Shown: piece by piece, positions 25,591 to 35,304 of the stretch
How positions within the stretch are numbered: the first letter of the stretch is position 1
Layout of the letters: each line of letters starts with the position of its first letter
Assembly: GCA_035513495.1 (NCBI GenBank)
Contig: DATKCB010000306.1
Coordinates: forward strand, 1 to 38,928
DNA length: 38,928 nt
Direction of reading: 5' to 3'
Source: Planctomycetaceae bacterium
GTDB lineage: Bacteria; Planctomycetota; Planctomycetia; Planctomycetales; Planctomycetaceae
Made by a program: the position numbers and the translations under genes
Notes under the pieces: generated by a model
What the model saw: the letters and a program-made list of their open reading frames with translations, nothing else
The model's database searches: none
Told to the model about the DNA's origin: nothing

Positions 25591-26400
25591 ATGACGTTAA
25601 TGGGAACGGGAACCAGTGTGGGAGTTCCTGTGATCGGATGTGACTGCGCGGTCTGTCAGTCCGACAATCCCCGCAACCATCGCATGCGAACGTCAGTGCT
25701 TGTGACGGCACCCGCAGGCAATTTTGTCATCGACACACCTCCCGAACTGCGATTGCAGCTTGTCAGAGAACGGGTCAAACTCGTGCATGGAGCCCTCTTT
25801 ACCCACGGACACGCCGACCACATCTACGGTCTGGATGATCTGCGAATCTTCGGGCATCGCCTGAAACAGAACATCCCGCTCTGGTGCGAGCCGTCTGTCG
25901 AAGAGCATCTGCGGCAGGCTTTCTATTACTGCTTTCGAGAGCCCGACCCCGCCTCACACAAATTCGCCGTGCCTAAGCTTTCGTTCCGATCAATTGGACT
26001 CGATCCATTTCCCGTACTGGGTTTGAACGTGCGCCCGATTCGTCTCTTGCACGGGAGACTCCCCATTCTGGGATTTCGGATCGGTGACGTCGCATTCTGC
26101 ACGGATGTCAGCGAGATTCCTGAAGAGAGCATTCCCCTGCTGGAAGGCCTGGACGTTCTCGTACTCGATGCCTTGCGAGAGGAACCTCATCCCACTCACT
26201 TTTCGGTTTCGCAAAGTCTGGAGGCCATCGAGCGACTCAAACCGCGCAGAGCCTATCTGACGCATGTCTCACACTCGCTGGAATACGAAGCAACCAATGC
26301 GAAGCTGCCTGACAACGTGGAACTCTCTTATGATGGACTCAGAATTCCACTCACCGGACTGTTCGGTGAGGCGACGGCTCGGGAGGAGTTTGCATCGTGA
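25591..26400 (+). CDS. MBL-fold metallo-hydrolase (PhnP/PqqB-like)
   Basis: I chose the ATG at 25591 (MTLMGTGTSVGVPVIGCDCAVC). It has the HGHADH metal motif and GxGxS N-terminal CxCxxC typical of PhnP-like enzymes. Confidence 0.8.
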   Translation: MTLMGTGTSVGVPVIGCDCAVCQSDNPRNHRMRTSVLVTAPAGNFVIDTPPELRLQLVRERVKLVHGALFTHGHADHIYGLDDLRIFGHRLKQNIPLWCEPSVEEHLRQAFYYCFREPDPASHKFAVPKLSFRSIGLDPFPVLGLNVRPIRLLHGRLPILGFRIGDVAFCTDVSEIPEESIPLLEGLDVLVLDALREEPHPTHFSVSQSLEAIERLKPRRAYLTHVSHSLEYEATNAKLPDNVELSYDGLRIPLTGLFGEATAREEFAS

Positions 26401-26777
26401 CAGATCAGGAACAACGGATGATCGCGTATGCCTCGCTCGCCAGTGAGTCCCGACGGCGAGGACAACAAAACGGTTTCCTGCGCTTTGTGATCCTCTCCGG
26501 GATCGCGGCCTGCCGGGCCGGTTGGAGCAGCGTTGCTTCCCGATGTCGCGATCTGGTCCTCGACGTGAACCCTCGTCATTTGCTGAGCAATTTTGACTCG
26601 TTGGAAGACGCGCTGCGAAGCGACGAGTTTCAACCCTTCTTACTGCACCTCGATCGGTTCTGCACGTTCGAGCGAGCCGAACATCTGCTCACACAAATGG
26701 AGCTTGACTGGATCCCCGACGAGGAGAATTTCGATCTGGAATCGGCCGTCCTCGAATTGCTGAAGCAGATTGACTGA
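26397..26777 (+). CDS. Hypothetical protein (126 aa), translationally coupled to the MBL hydrolase
   Basis: GTG start in a GTGA overlap with the upstream stop (26397-26400). I recognised no motif. Confidence 0.45.
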   Translation: MTDQEQRMIAYASLASESRRRGQQNGFLRFVILSGIAACRAGWSSVASRCRDLVLDVNPRHLLSNFDSLEDALRSDEFQPFLLHLDRFCTFERAEHLLTQMELDWIPDEENFDLESAVLELLKQID

Positions 26778-26778
26778 A

Positions 26779-27723
26779 TCAGTTCTGTTTGCTCGGGATC
26801 GACAGCGGCTCAAGTCCGTCCAGACTGGGAAATGAATCGCGATCCGATGCCTCTCCGAAGATTGATTCGTCCCGAATTCTGACCGTCGATGAGACGTTCT
26901 GCCGGGCACTTTTCTCGGAAATTTCTGCAGAAGCCGAATTGACCTCAATCGATCGCGGTGGGATTGTCTGTCGCTGGGAACTCGTTCCCATTCCGAGTTG
27001 ACCGGCGATCGGTTCACCGAGACGGATCCGCCGGGGAATGATCACCCGAGCGGGCGATTTGCCGGGTGCTTCGACAGGCTGAGCCGATTCTGTAAAGGGT
27101 CTTTCAATCATGTGTGAGTCAGACGCATCGATTGCTTTGCCGACAGGGAGAACATCACTTTGGGATCTCACATCGAGATTACTCTTACCTGGTTTGGTTT
27201 CTTCGCGCAGGAATGATTCTGTGAACAAGTTGTCCGGGAGTACAAATCCGGCAGTTTCGGCCACCTTCGAATTGATCGTGGTTGCGGGAACCAATGCTCC
27301 ACCAGTCGCTTCGTTGCCGGGAACATTTCGAAGGCCGTCGGACTGAGGTCCCGATTCTGCGATCGCGGGGTCTTTCCCGATCGATCTGACTCCGAGCTTT
27401 CGGTTTTGTTCTGAATGTTTCTCAGGAATCGGGCGTTCTCGTTCCGGGGTCGTCGCCACTTCGATTCCCTGAATTCGCGCACCGGTACGGGATGATTCGG
27501 GCGTTTTAAATTCGAGAGGGTGAAGCGATTCGAACTGGTCAATTTCGTTCGTGAGGATCGGTTCTTCGTCGAAGTCGAGAGAAAAGTCTCGTTCGAGAAC
27601 TTTCGTCTGTTCGAGTTCGGGAAGAGAATCGTTCTTGTTGGGAGGCTGTCTGAAGAAGAGTGCCATCGACAGTCCTCCGATGAGAATCCCCAGTCCGAGA
27701 TTGGTGTGTTTGCCTTGATTCAT
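26779..27723 (-). CDS. Membrane-anchored, largely disordered hypothetical protein
   Basis: I chose the ATG at 27723 (MNQGKHTNLGLGILIGGLSMALFF, N-terminal TM). The rest is Ser/Pro/Glu-rich low complexity. The longer track ORF to 27978 is unsupported. Confidence 0.45.
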   Translation of the reverse strand: MNQGKHTNLGLGILIGGLSMALFFRQPPNKNDSLPELEQTKVLERDFSLDFDEEPILTNEIDQFESLHPLEFKTPESSRTGARIQGIEVATTPERERPIPEKHSEQNRKLGVRSIGKDPAIAESGPQSDGLRNVPGNEATGGALVPATTINSKVAETAGFVLPDNLFTESFLREETKPGKSNLDVRSQSDVLPVGKAIDASDSHMIERPFTESAQPVEAPGKSPARVIIPRRIRLGEPIAGQLGMGTSSQRQTIPPRSIEVNSASAEISEKSARQNVSSTVRIRDESIFGEASDRDSFPSLDGLEPLSIPSKQN

Positions 27724-28294
27724 TTCGATCACCAGGATGAGCAGAGTAGAACAGCGGTCGATCACGCGGATCCCTCCTGTTTTCTTGTCGAACATCCTGT
27801 CGACCCAACATTGCTTTACGAAAACATGCGATACGTCGAGCGAGATCGTCACAAAATTGCGGCAAGAATCTGAATTCCTGTCCGAAGAACATGCCTCGCT
27901 GCGGGATTCGATGGTCAGGTAAAGTTTTCGGTCGACTTCTCGTCCGTCAGCATCCATACCATCGGAAATGTTGAGCAAAGCGATTCCTTGTGCCTAACAC
28001 ATGCGCAACGAATCGGGAGAGTGATAAGGACAGGAGCAACCGCCGGCAACAATCCATCGCGGCCGTCGCTCCACATCTCATTTGCTTGCAATGAGTTGCG
28101 GATCGCGAATTGATTATTCCCGGAATGGCATACGATGTGCGATATCCATCAATTGAGTGAATCAGACTACGACGAATCAGGTGAATCAGCGCTGATCGAA
28201 CAGCATCAGTTCTATGGGTGTAGTTCGGCCGGAAGTGAAGCCGGACGCTATCAATGTCGATACGTTCCGGACGAGCGCCTTTGCTTCCGGTCGG

Positions 28295-28633
28295 CTACTC
28301 CCGTATTTCAAGGAGCGATCCGGATTGGACAGATGCGCCGGGATGGAGAACGACGAGGTCTCCCTGTTCCAATCCTTCAAGAATTTCCGCTTCCAGTCCG
28401 TTGCGGCTGCCGACTTTCACGAGCTGTAGAGAAGCTTTGTTCTCTTCGACTTTGAAGACCGCCCATTGTTTCTGATCCCGAAAGAGCGCTGAGGTCGGAA
28501 TCTTTAAGACGTTCTGCCGTGCCTCAACCACGATCTCTGCTTCGACGCGAAATCCGACTCCCAGGCTTTTTCGCTGCTCGAAAGGTGATTCGAAATCGAT
28601 CACGACATTCACGCGTTGCTCTTCGACAGGCAA
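28295..28633 (-). pseudogene. C-terminal fragment of an HlyD-family efflux periplasmic adaptor
   Basis: ...GVGFRVEAEIVVEARQNVLKIPTSALFRDQKQWAVFKVEENKASLQLVKVGSRNGLEAEILEGLEQGDLVVLHP matches only the C-terminal beta-barrel/MPD end of adaptor proteins. There is no N-terminal part. Confidence 0.65.
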
Positions 28634-28718
28634 TCACCAAGCCGATCGCCAGCGCCTGGCCTTTGATCGTCCAGAGATCACGCAACAGTTTCCGATGGAG
28701 TGGAGGGATCCGTTTTAC
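28627..28718 (-). pseudogene. N-terminal about 30 codons of an FtsX/MacB-like ABC permease, fused out of frame to the adaptor fragment
   Basis: VKRIPPLHRKLLRDLWTIKGQALAIGLVIAC resembles the conserved N-terminus and first TM of large FtsX-type permeases. There is no start codon, and the frame breaks at about 28630. Confidence 0.5.
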
Positions 28719-29062
28719 GATCGAGTGGAGAAGTGGAGTGGGAATGTTACCAAATCCGCCAGATTCGGTCGTTCCAGAATCGTCGTTGAATTCCTGAGAA
28801 TTCAGACGAATCTGACGTGTTCGTTCGAATTCCAGAAATTTGACTGCGTCGGTGTCCCCATCATTGGAACGGCTGCGAGCGATCCGCGAACCCGGTGTAC
28901 GATTCGGTGTCGGAAAACAGGGGGTTCCCAAACCAGAAGGCAGCTTCGAACTTGATGAACCGGTGGAAAAGCATTACAGTCTGAGTGAGTTCCGAGGAGT
29001 GATTTCAGTGTATGGTGCCTCTCCGTACATTGTATTATCTTAAGTCGAGAGCTTCGTTTGCC

Positions 29063-29090
29063 TTGCAAGGGGCAACGCGATTGATATATT
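29063..29090 (+). promoter_or_regulatory. Sigma70-like promoter with extended -10 for the tRNA-tuf transcription unit
   Basis: TTGCAA (29063-29068) is followed by a 16-nt spacer ending in TGa, then TATATT (29085-29090). It lies about 29 nt upstream of tRNA-Thr. Confidence 0.5.
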
Positions 29091-29118
29091 AGGCCACCCA
29101 ATTGCACCTTGGCCAGTT

Positions 29119-29191
29119 GCTAGTGTAGCTCAATTGGCAGAGCACCGGTTTTGTAAACCGGCGGTTGTGGGTTCAAGTCCCTCCACTAGCT
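29119..29191 (+). tRNA. tRNA-Thr(UGU)
   Basis: Cloverleaf read by hand: acceptor GCTAGTG/CACTAGC, D arm GCTCAATTGGCAGAGC, anticodon stem CCGGT/ACCGG with loop TTTGTAA, T arm GTGGGTTCAAGTCCCTC. CCA is not encoded. Confidence 0.9.
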
Positions 29192-29277
29192 CATGAGCGT
29201 ATCGGCCAGAGTCGGAGTCCAACTGGCTCGGCCTTCAAAATAAAAAATTACGGAGAGCGACGTTTTTTGAACTTGGG

Positions 29278-29360
29278 GGGAGGATGCCAGAGCGGCCAAA
29301 TGGACCAGACTGTAAATCTGGCGGGGCAACCCTACGCAGGTTCGAATCCTGCTCCTCCCA
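29278..29360 (+). tRNA. tRNA-Tyr(GUA)
   Basis: Acceptor GGGAGGA/TCCTCCC, anticodon loop CTGTAAA, long variable arm and T arm GCAGGTTCGAATCCTGC; 83 nt. Confidence 0.9.
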
Positions 29361-29414
29361 CTTCGGACTCGTCAACCCATGTGTGAAACTCATCGCGACG
29401 ACAACGAGAAACAA

Positions 29415-29486
<72 letters not shown>

Positions 29487-29589
29487 CTTTGAGAAAATGG
29501 ACTTGAGAGACGAAGACGTTCAAGCGACAGTTTATGGTGGAACGGAACTGAATAACGGAGGGTAAGAGTCGAGTGATCCCTCGGACAAC

Positions 29590-29663
<74 letters not shown>

Positions 29664-29746
29664 CTTTTGAGAGATTTTGATCCAGTTTTGGGTTTGGTTC
29701 GTATCCGCAAGGCGCGTCGGGGCTCGACAGCCGGGGGGGTGCGGTT

Positions 29747-29759
29747 TTGACATTGTCAA
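29747..29759. promoter_or_regulatory. Palindrome TTGACA-T-TGTCAA upstream of tuf
   Basis: Read directly, 58 nt upstream of the tuf ATG. I saw no convincing -10 at 17 nt, so its role (internal promoter -35 or operator) is open. Confidence 0.3.
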
Positions 29760-29816
29760 CACAGAGGCGGCCACAGAGGCTTGCCCCAGGTCAACGGAAA
29801 GAGTCGAGGAGAAGTA

Positions 29817-31013
29817 ATGGCGAAGAAGACTTTCGAACGGACAAAGCCTCACGTCAACGTGGGGACGATCGGTCACATCGACCACGGCAAAACGACACTC
29901 ACTGCCGCTCTGGTGGCCGTGCAGGCGGCAAAAGGGCTGGCTTCCGCGAAAAGCTACGCTGATATCGCCAAAGGCGGTACGGTTCGCGACGAAACCAAGA
30001 CCGTCACCATTGCTGCTTCGCACGTCGAATACGAGAGCGAAGGGCGACATTACGCTCACATCGACTGCCCCGGACACGCGGACTATGTGAAAAACATGAT
30101 CACCGGTGCGGCCCAAATGGACGGAGCGATCCTGGTCGTTTCGGCAGCGGATGGTCCCATGCCTCAGACGCGCGAACACATCCTCCTGGCCCGTCAGGTG
30201 AACGTGCCCGCTCTGGTCGTGTTTCTCAACAAGTGCGATCTGGTGGACGATGAGGAGCTGCTCGAACTCGTCGAGATGGAAGTTCGCGAACTGCTCACCA
30301 AGTACGACTTCCCCGGCGACGACATTCCGTTGGTGCGAGGCAACGCCAAGGGTGCTCTCGACAACCCCGGAGATCCCGCAGCGAACGAATGCATCGGCAA
30401 TCTGATGGATGCCCTCGATAATTACATTCCCGAACCGCAGCGAGATTCGGACAAGCCGTTCCTGATGGCCATCGAAGACGTCTTCTCGATCGAAGGGCGT
30501 GGAACTGTCGCCACGGGTCGAATCGAAGCCGGAACAGTCAATGTCGGCGACAAAGTCTCGATCATCGGTTTGGCCGATACGGTCGAAACGACCGTCACCG
30601 GAGTCGAAATGTTCAACAAGACCCTCGACAAGGGGATTGCTGGAGACAACGTCGGTATCCTGCTGCGAGGTGTCAAAAAGGAAGATGTCACCCGCGGGCA
30701 AGTTCTCGCCGCCCCCGGCACGATCAAGCCGCATACAAAGTTCGAATGCGAAATTTATGTGCTGAGCAAAGAGGAAGGCGGACGCCACACGCCGTTCTTC
30801 AGCGGATATCGCCCTCAGTTCTACTTCCGAACGACGGACGTAACCGGCGCAGCGAATCTGTTGGGCGGTGCCGAAATGTGCATGCCTGGCGATAACGTGA
30901 AGCTCGAAGTCGAGCTTCAGAAGCCAATCGCACTCGACGAAGGAAGCCGCTTCGCAATCCGCGAAGGGGGCCGAACCGTCGGTTCGGGAGTGGTCACCAA
31001 AGTCCTCGCATAG
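29817..31013 (+). CDS. tuf: Elongation factor Tu
   Basis: It starts [27 protein letters not shown] and has DCPGHADY and NKCD. The ATG at 29817 follows GAGGAGAAGTA. Confidence 0.98.
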   Translation: MAKKTFERTKPHVNVGTIGHIDHGKTTLTAALVAVQAAKGLASAKSYADIAKGGTVRDETKTVTIAASHVEYESEGRHYAHIDCPGHADYVKNMITGAAQMDGAILVVSAADGPMPQTREHILLARQVNVPALVVFLNKCDLVDDEELLELVEMEVRELLTKYDFPGDDIPLVRGNAKGALDNPGDPAANECIGNLMDALDNYIPEPQRDSDKPFLMAIEDVFSIEGRGTVATGRIEAGTVNVGDKVSIIGLADTVETTVTGVEMFNKTLDKGIAGDNVGILLRGVKKEDVTRGQVLAAPGTIKPHTKFECEIYVLSKEEGGRHTPFFSGYRPQFYFRTTDVTGAANLLGGAEMCMPGDNVKLEVELQKPIALDEGSRFAIREGGRTVGSGVVTKVLA

Positions 31014-31048
31014 CGATCCATTGAGTTTTAGGAGTCTGATCAATTTCA

Positions 31049-31088
31049 CCTGTCCCGCTGTTGAGCGGGGCAGGTTTTCCGCTTTTTC
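31049..31088 (+). terminator. Hairpin plus T-tracts between tuf and rpmG (terminator or attenuator)
   Basis: CCTGTCCCGC (31049-31058) pairs with GCGGGGCAGG (31065-31074), with one G-U pair, and is followed by TTTTCCGCTTTTT. Confidence 0.5.
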
Positions 31089-31104
31089 TGCGTTTGGGTG
31101 GATC

Positions 31105-31257
31105 ATGAGAGAATATGTTTGGCTGGAATGCACCGATTGCGGTTCCCGGAACTATCGGGTGATCAAAGAGACTCGAGGGACCGATCGGCTCGAACTGAAG
31201 AAGTACTGTTCGAAGACTCGGCAGCACACCGTTCACAAAGAGTCACGGAAAAAGTGA
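31105..31257 (+). CDS. rpmG: 50S ribosomal protein L33
   Basis: The 50-aa product MREYVWLECTDCGSRNYRVIKETRGTDRLELKKYCSKTRQHTVHKESRKK has the L33 size, CxxC motif and the expected position before tRNA-Trp and secE. Confidence 0.9.
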   Translation: MREYVWLECTDCGSRNYRVIKETRGTDRLELKKYCSKTRQHTVHKESRKK

Positions 31258-31272
31258 GGCGACTGATGTCGG

Positions 31273-31345
<73 letters not shown>

Positions 31346-31428
31346 CTCGCAGGAGGCAGTCTTCCGGAGGTGGTGTCAGCTCTCCGGAAAAACTTATCGA
31401 AAAGCGATTTGAGAAGGGTTGTCTCGGG

Positions 31429-31869
31429 ATGGCGACGACAAAATCCAAGGGCGAGCACACTCTGCTGAGTGAGATGTTCGCGGCAGGCTTGTACAAGCGA
31501 AATCAGGGGCGTCGCGTCAGACAATGGACTGCCGTTGCGATCGCCTTGCTGTTCGTATTGGGTGCGAACGCACTCTATCAGCAACTGCTCACATCGATCA
31601 AAAATAACTCGATCGTTCTCGGAATTGCGATCGGACTTGGAGCTGTGGGGTGTTGGTTCGCCTATCGGGTAGTCAACTATCCCCGGTTCGCTGACTTCCT
31701 GATTTCCGTTCAGGCCGAAATGGATAAAGTGACCTGGGTGGGGTGGAAGGAACTGTATCGCTCGACGATCGTAGTGATCGTCTGTATGGCGATCATCTGC
31801 GCTTTGCTCTCGGTCTATGACGTGATCTGGACCTATCTGTTCGAACTGGTGGGATTTCTGCAGATCTAA
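31429..31869 (+). CDS. secE: Preprotein translocase subunit SecE
   Basis: I chose the ATG at 31429 (MATTKSKGE...), since the track ORF start overlaps tRNA-Trp. It has three hydrophobic helices and the C-terminal motif FLISVQAEMDKVTWVGWKEL, and it lies before nusG. Confidence 0.85.
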   Translation: MATTKSKGEHTLLSEMFAAGLYKRNQGRRVRQWTAVAIALLFVLGANALYQQLLTSIKNNSIVLGIAIGLGAVGCWFAYRVVNYPRFADFLISVQAEMDKVTWVGWKELYRSTIVVIVCMAIICALLSVYDVIWTYLFELVGFLQI

Positions 31870-31990
31870 TCGAGATTCACGAAAGAAGTCCCCCCGGCAA
31901 GATTGAATTTTTTTCCCGCGGTGGGCATGATATGCGGTTCTTTCCCTCCTTCGGGGCCACCGAAGGTCTGTAACGAGTAATGTCAGCGCC

Positions 31991-32545
31991 ATGGTAGCTT
32001 CCAATCTCCCCGAAATGCACTGGTACGTATTGAAAGTTCAGAGCAATCGTGAACGTACGATTCGCGATGCTCTGCTGAAGCGTATCCGCATGGAAGGTTT
32101 GAGCGATCACTTTGGTGAAATCATTATCCCGACCGAAAAAGTGGCGGAAAAAACCAAGGGTGGGAAAAAGCGGGTGGTCGAGCGAAAGCTGTATCCCGGT
32201 TACATCATGATCCAGATGATTTTGAACGATGAAACCTGGTATCTCGTCCGGGATACAGGTGGGGTCGGAGATTTTACGGGAACGGCGGGAAAGCCGGTCC
32301 CCATGCAGGAAGAAGAGATCAGCCGGATGCTGGGGCTCGAAGAGGCCAAGGAAGTCGAGCCTGAAAAGGTCAAAATCGAGTTCTCGCCGGGCGAGGTGGT
32401 GAAAATCAAAGAGGGGGCCTTCGAGAATTTCGAAGGAACGATCGATTCGATCGATGAGTCCAACGGGAAAATCACCGTGCTTATCGAAATCTTCGGGCGA
32501 TCCACCCAGGTTGAGATCGATTACTGGCAAATCGAATTGGTATAA
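31991..32545 (+). CDS. nusG: Transcription termination/antitermination factor NusG
   Basis: It has [12 protein letters not shown] (NGN domain) and the KOW motif [21 protein letters not shown]. Confidence 0.95.
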   Translation: MVASNLPEMHWYVLKVQSNRERTIRDALLKRIRMEGLSDHFGEIIIPTEKVAEKTKGGKKRVVERKLYPGYIMIQMILNDETWYLVRDTGGVGDFTGTAGKPVPMQEEEISRMLGLEEAKEVEPEKVKIEFSPGEVVKIKEGAFENFEGTIDSIDESNGKITVLIEIFGRSTQVEIDYWQIELV

Positions 32546-32617
32546 ACAGGTTGCGGGTTGTTCTCGAGAGTTCTGGGAGCGATCGGCTGATCGTGGGACA
32601 CAGGTTAGTAAGACACA

Positions 32618-33043
32618 ATGGCTAAGCATGTTGTAACTCAAATCAAAGTTCAGGTGACGGGAGGGCAAGCGACCCCCGCTCCTCCGGTAGGAACTGCGCT
32701 CGGTCCCCACGGAGTCAATATCGGGCAGTTTGTTTCGTCGTTTAACGAGCAAACTCGCGATCAGATGGGAGTGACGTTGCCGGTTGTCATCACCGTGTAT
32801 AACGATCGGTCGTTCGAGTTCATTATCAAGAGTCCTCCAGCACCGGTCCTGCTCAAGCAAGTGGCAAAGGTTGCCAAGGGTGCGGCCAATCCCCGTACGG
32901 AGCGAATCGGCGAAGTGACTCAGCAGCAGTTACTCGATATTGCCAGGATTAAATTCGAGGATATGAACGCCTCGTCGCTCGAGCAGGCGGCCAAGATGAT
33001 CGCCGGCACGGCCCGCAGTATGGGAATCCAGGTTGTGGACTGA
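32618..33043 (+). CDS. rplK: 50S ribosomal protein L11
   Basis: It has QIKVQVTGGQATPAPPVGTALGPHGVNI and is 141 aa. Confidence 0.97.
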   Translation: MAKHVVTQIKVQVTGGQATPAPPVGTALGPHGVNIGQFVSSFNEQTRDQMGVTLPVVITVYNDRSFEFIIKSPPAPVLLKQVAKVAKGAANPRTERIGEVTQQQLLDIARIKFEDMNASSLEQAAKMIAGTARSMGIQVVD

Positions 33044-33130
33044 GCGAGCCGCTGGCGAACCGGTTGAGAGAGAATTAACTAAGAGCACTAAGACTAGCAG
33101 CCCCGGTCTGGGGCAGTTTGGAGCAGGGAA

Positions 33131-33835
33131 ATGCCCCGCCAATCAAAACGAATGAAACATCTTGCCGAAAAGACCCGGACGCTCGGCGTCCTGGATCTCG
33201 GATCGGCTGTTAAGTCTTTGAAGACGTTGGGCGACGATTTGCCGAAAAGCGTCAAGCCGATCCGGTTCGATCAGACCGTCGAAATCGCGCTTCGGCTGGG
33301 GGTTGATCCGAAGCAGGCCGATCAGCTCGTGCGAGGTTCGATCGTGCTGCCTCACGGAATCGGAAAATCCCAGCGTGTTATCGTGTTCGCACAGGGAGAA
33401 AATGTAGCGGTTGCGGAAGCAGCCGGAGCCGACGCAATCGGCGGGAAAGAGCTGGCAGAGAAAATCAAAGAAGGCTGGCTCGAATTTGACGTCGCGATTG
33501 CGACCCCCGACATGATGGGTGTGGTCGGCCCGCTGGGAAAGGTACTCGGTCCGCGAGGGCTGATGCCGTCTCCCCGAGCGGGGACGGTGACCCAGGACAT
33601 CGCTTCCGCGATTGCCGATTACAAAGCCGGTAAGGTCGAGTTTCGCGTCGATGCGGGGGGGAACGTCCACTGTGTTGTCGGAAAACTTTCGTTCTCCGAG
33701 CAGCAGTTGCTGGAGAATATTCAGGCATTGGTGAATTACATTCAGTCCTTGAAGCCTTCGTCTTCGAAGGGGGTGTTCATGCGCGGCGTGACGATCACGG
33801 CCACGATGATGCCAGGGATTGCCGTCGCCATTTGA
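33131..33835 (+). CDS. rplA: 50S ribosomal protein L1
   Basis: It has [31 protein letters not shown] and [10 protein letters not shown]. Confidence 0.97.
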   Translation: MPRQSKRMKHLAEKTRTLGVLDLGSAVKSLKTLGDDLPKSVKPIRFDQTVEIALRLGVDPKQADQLVRGSIVLPHGIGKSQRVIVFAQGENVAVAEAAGADAIGGKELAEKIKEGWLEFDVAIATPDMMGVVGPLGKVLGPRGLMPSPRAGTVTQDIASAIADYKAGKVEFRVDAGGNVHCVVGKLSFSEQQLLENIQALVNYIQSLKPSSSKGVFMRGVTITATMMPGIAVAI

Positions 33836-33905
33836 ACGCGATCGGGAGAGTTGAGACGGCGGGATACGATCGGATGTTTTTTTGGATGGGAAGCGGTGTT
33901 GAGCC

Positions 33906-34424
33906 ATGAGTAAAAAAGTCAAAGAAATGATCATGCAAGCGATCCGGTCCGACCTCGGTGAGGCTCAGGATCTGCTGCTGGTCGATGTTTCGAAGATGGA
34001 CGGGAACGTCACAAATGAGTGGCGGCTCGCCTTGAGAAAAGCGAATATTTCGGCTCTCTCCGTCAAGAATACTCTCGCTCGGAGCGTTCTGGCTGATCGA
34101 GGAGTCGAAGTGGAAAGGTTCGCCGATTTGTTGTGCGGACCCACCACGCTGGTTTGGGGAAGCGAGGATATTGTCGAACTTTCCCGGTCCATCACCAAGT
34201 GGGCTGAGAAAATCGAAACGCTGCAGGTCAAAGGCGCATCGGTTGAAGGCCAGGCACTGAATGCGGATGGGGTGAAGGCATTGAGCAAGTCTCCGGGACG
34301 GCGAGAGCTGATCTCCGAGATCGTCGGGTTGGCGCTCAGTCCCGGAAGGCAAGTTGCAGGTGCCTTGCTTGGCCCGGCTCGTAAGTTGGCAGGGCAGGTG
34401 AAGACGTTGGCCGACAAGGAATGA
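33906..34424 (+). CDS. rplJ: 50S ribosomal protein L10
   Basis: 172 aa, positioned between rplA and rplL, with an L10-like LLLVDVSKMDGNVTNEWRLALRKANISALSVKNTL. Confidence 0.9.
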   Translation: MSKKVKEMIMQAIRSDLGEAQDLLLVDVSKMDGNVTNEWRLALRKANISALSVKNTLARSVLADRGVEVERFADLLCGPTTLVWGSEDIVELSRSITKWAEKIETLQVKGASVEGQALNADGVKALSKSPGRRELISEIVGLALSPGRQVAGALLGPARKLAGQVKTLADKE

Positions 34425-34541
34425 TTTCATGTCTCGCTCTGCTTCGTTCGAGTGGAGCGGTGGAGATAGGTCTCTGGACAGTTACACACGGAACAACAGC
34501 CGCGCGATCGCGGCTCCAATGATTGAGAAAGGTTGAGAGAA

Positions 34542-34952
34542 ATGGCGACTGCAGAAGTGAAAGAGTATTCGGCTGCAACCAAAGAAATGGGCGACAAGAT
34601 CGTCGGGCTATCCCTGCTGGAAGCGAAGGCGCTGGCCGATTATCTGAAGGACGTGCACGGCATCGAGCCTGCCGGCGGCGGTGTGATGATGGCCGGACCT
34701 GTGGGCCCTGGCGATGCTGGTGCCGAAGCCGCTCCTGTAAAGGACGAATTTGACGTCATTCTGACCGGTTTCGGCGACAAGAAGATCAACGTGATCAAGG
34801 TTGTCCGTAACATTACCGGTCTCGGCTTGAAAGAAGCCAAGGACCTGGTGGAAGGCGTGCCCAAGCCGCTCAAGCAGGGTGTCTCCAAAGAAGACGCTGA
34901 AAAGCTCAAGGCCGAAATCGAAGAAGCGGGCGGCACCTGCGAGTTGAAGTAA
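34542..34952 (+). CDS. rplL: 50S ribosomal protein L7/L12
   Basis: I chose the ATG at 34542 (MATAEVK...). It has an Ala/Gly/Pro hinge and the C-terminal domain [25 protein letters not shown]. Confidence 0.95.
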   Translation: MATAEVKEYSAATKEMGDKIVGLSLLEAKALADYLKDVHGIEPAGGGVMMAGPVGPGDAGAEAAPVKDEFDVILTGFGDKKINVIKVVRNITGLGLKEAKDLVEGVPKPLKQGVSKEDAEKLKAEIEEAGGTCELK

Positions 34953-34972
34953 TCTCGATGAATCCGGAGAAA

Positions 34973-35010
34973 CGGCACTCGCGCGAGCGCGAGTGCCGCA
35001 GATTGTTTTC
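34973..35010 (+). terminator. GC-rich hairpin after rplL (rplL-rpoB attenuator-like)
   Basis: CGGCACTCGCGC (34973-34984) pairs with GCGCGAGTGCCG (34987-34998). It is followed by only a weak T-tract (GATTGTTTTC). Confidence 0.45.
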
Positions 35011-35050
35011 ATTGACTTACGGTTTGCGGAGACGATGTCCGATGCGATCT

Positions 35051-35063
35051 CTGTTATCAAATT
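35051..35063 (+). promoter_or_regulatory. Partial copy (CTGTTATCAAATT) of the 24523-24542 motif
   Basis: It is a 13/13 identity with 24523-24535, in the rplL-rpoB spacer. Confidence 0.4.
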
Positions 35064-35183
35064 AAGAGAACGAGCTGGCAGAAGTGCGGTACGAAACGAG
35101 TTGTTCCAAGCTAATTACGCCTCTGGGGTGTTTTTTGGCCTTTGAAGCAATTGGTTAAAAACCTCACTTTTTGCCGGAACTGA

Positions 35184-35212
35184 TTTGAAATCTTGCGCTT
35201 AGAGCGGTATTT
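35184..35212 (+). promoter_or_regulatory. Candidate sigma70-like promoter for rpoB
   Basis: TTGAAA (35184-35189) is followed by a 17-nt spacer and TATTTT (35207-35212), about 90 nt upstream of the rpoB ATG. Confidence 0.35.
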
Positions 35213-35304
35213 TAATACTGCCCCAGTTGCGCGCAGAACGCCGTTTTCTAGACATTTCCCGCCTCCGTCCGTTCTGACTTTTCCATCAACCCGGGAAGGA
35301 ACGT

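Noticed and set aside
28135-28455. 106-aa + strand ORF in the gene-poor region
   Set aside because: It is antisense to the HlyD-adaptor fragment, has no motifs, and is Cys/Arg-rich junk.
33839-33883. Terminator after rplA / L10-leader structure (CGATCG...CGATCG stem followed by T7 at 33877-33883)
   Set aside because: The stem is only 6 bp with a 22-nt loop and a 4-nt gap to the T-run, too weak to call by eye. It may be part of an L10-leader-type autoregulatory structure, which needs a covariance-model search.
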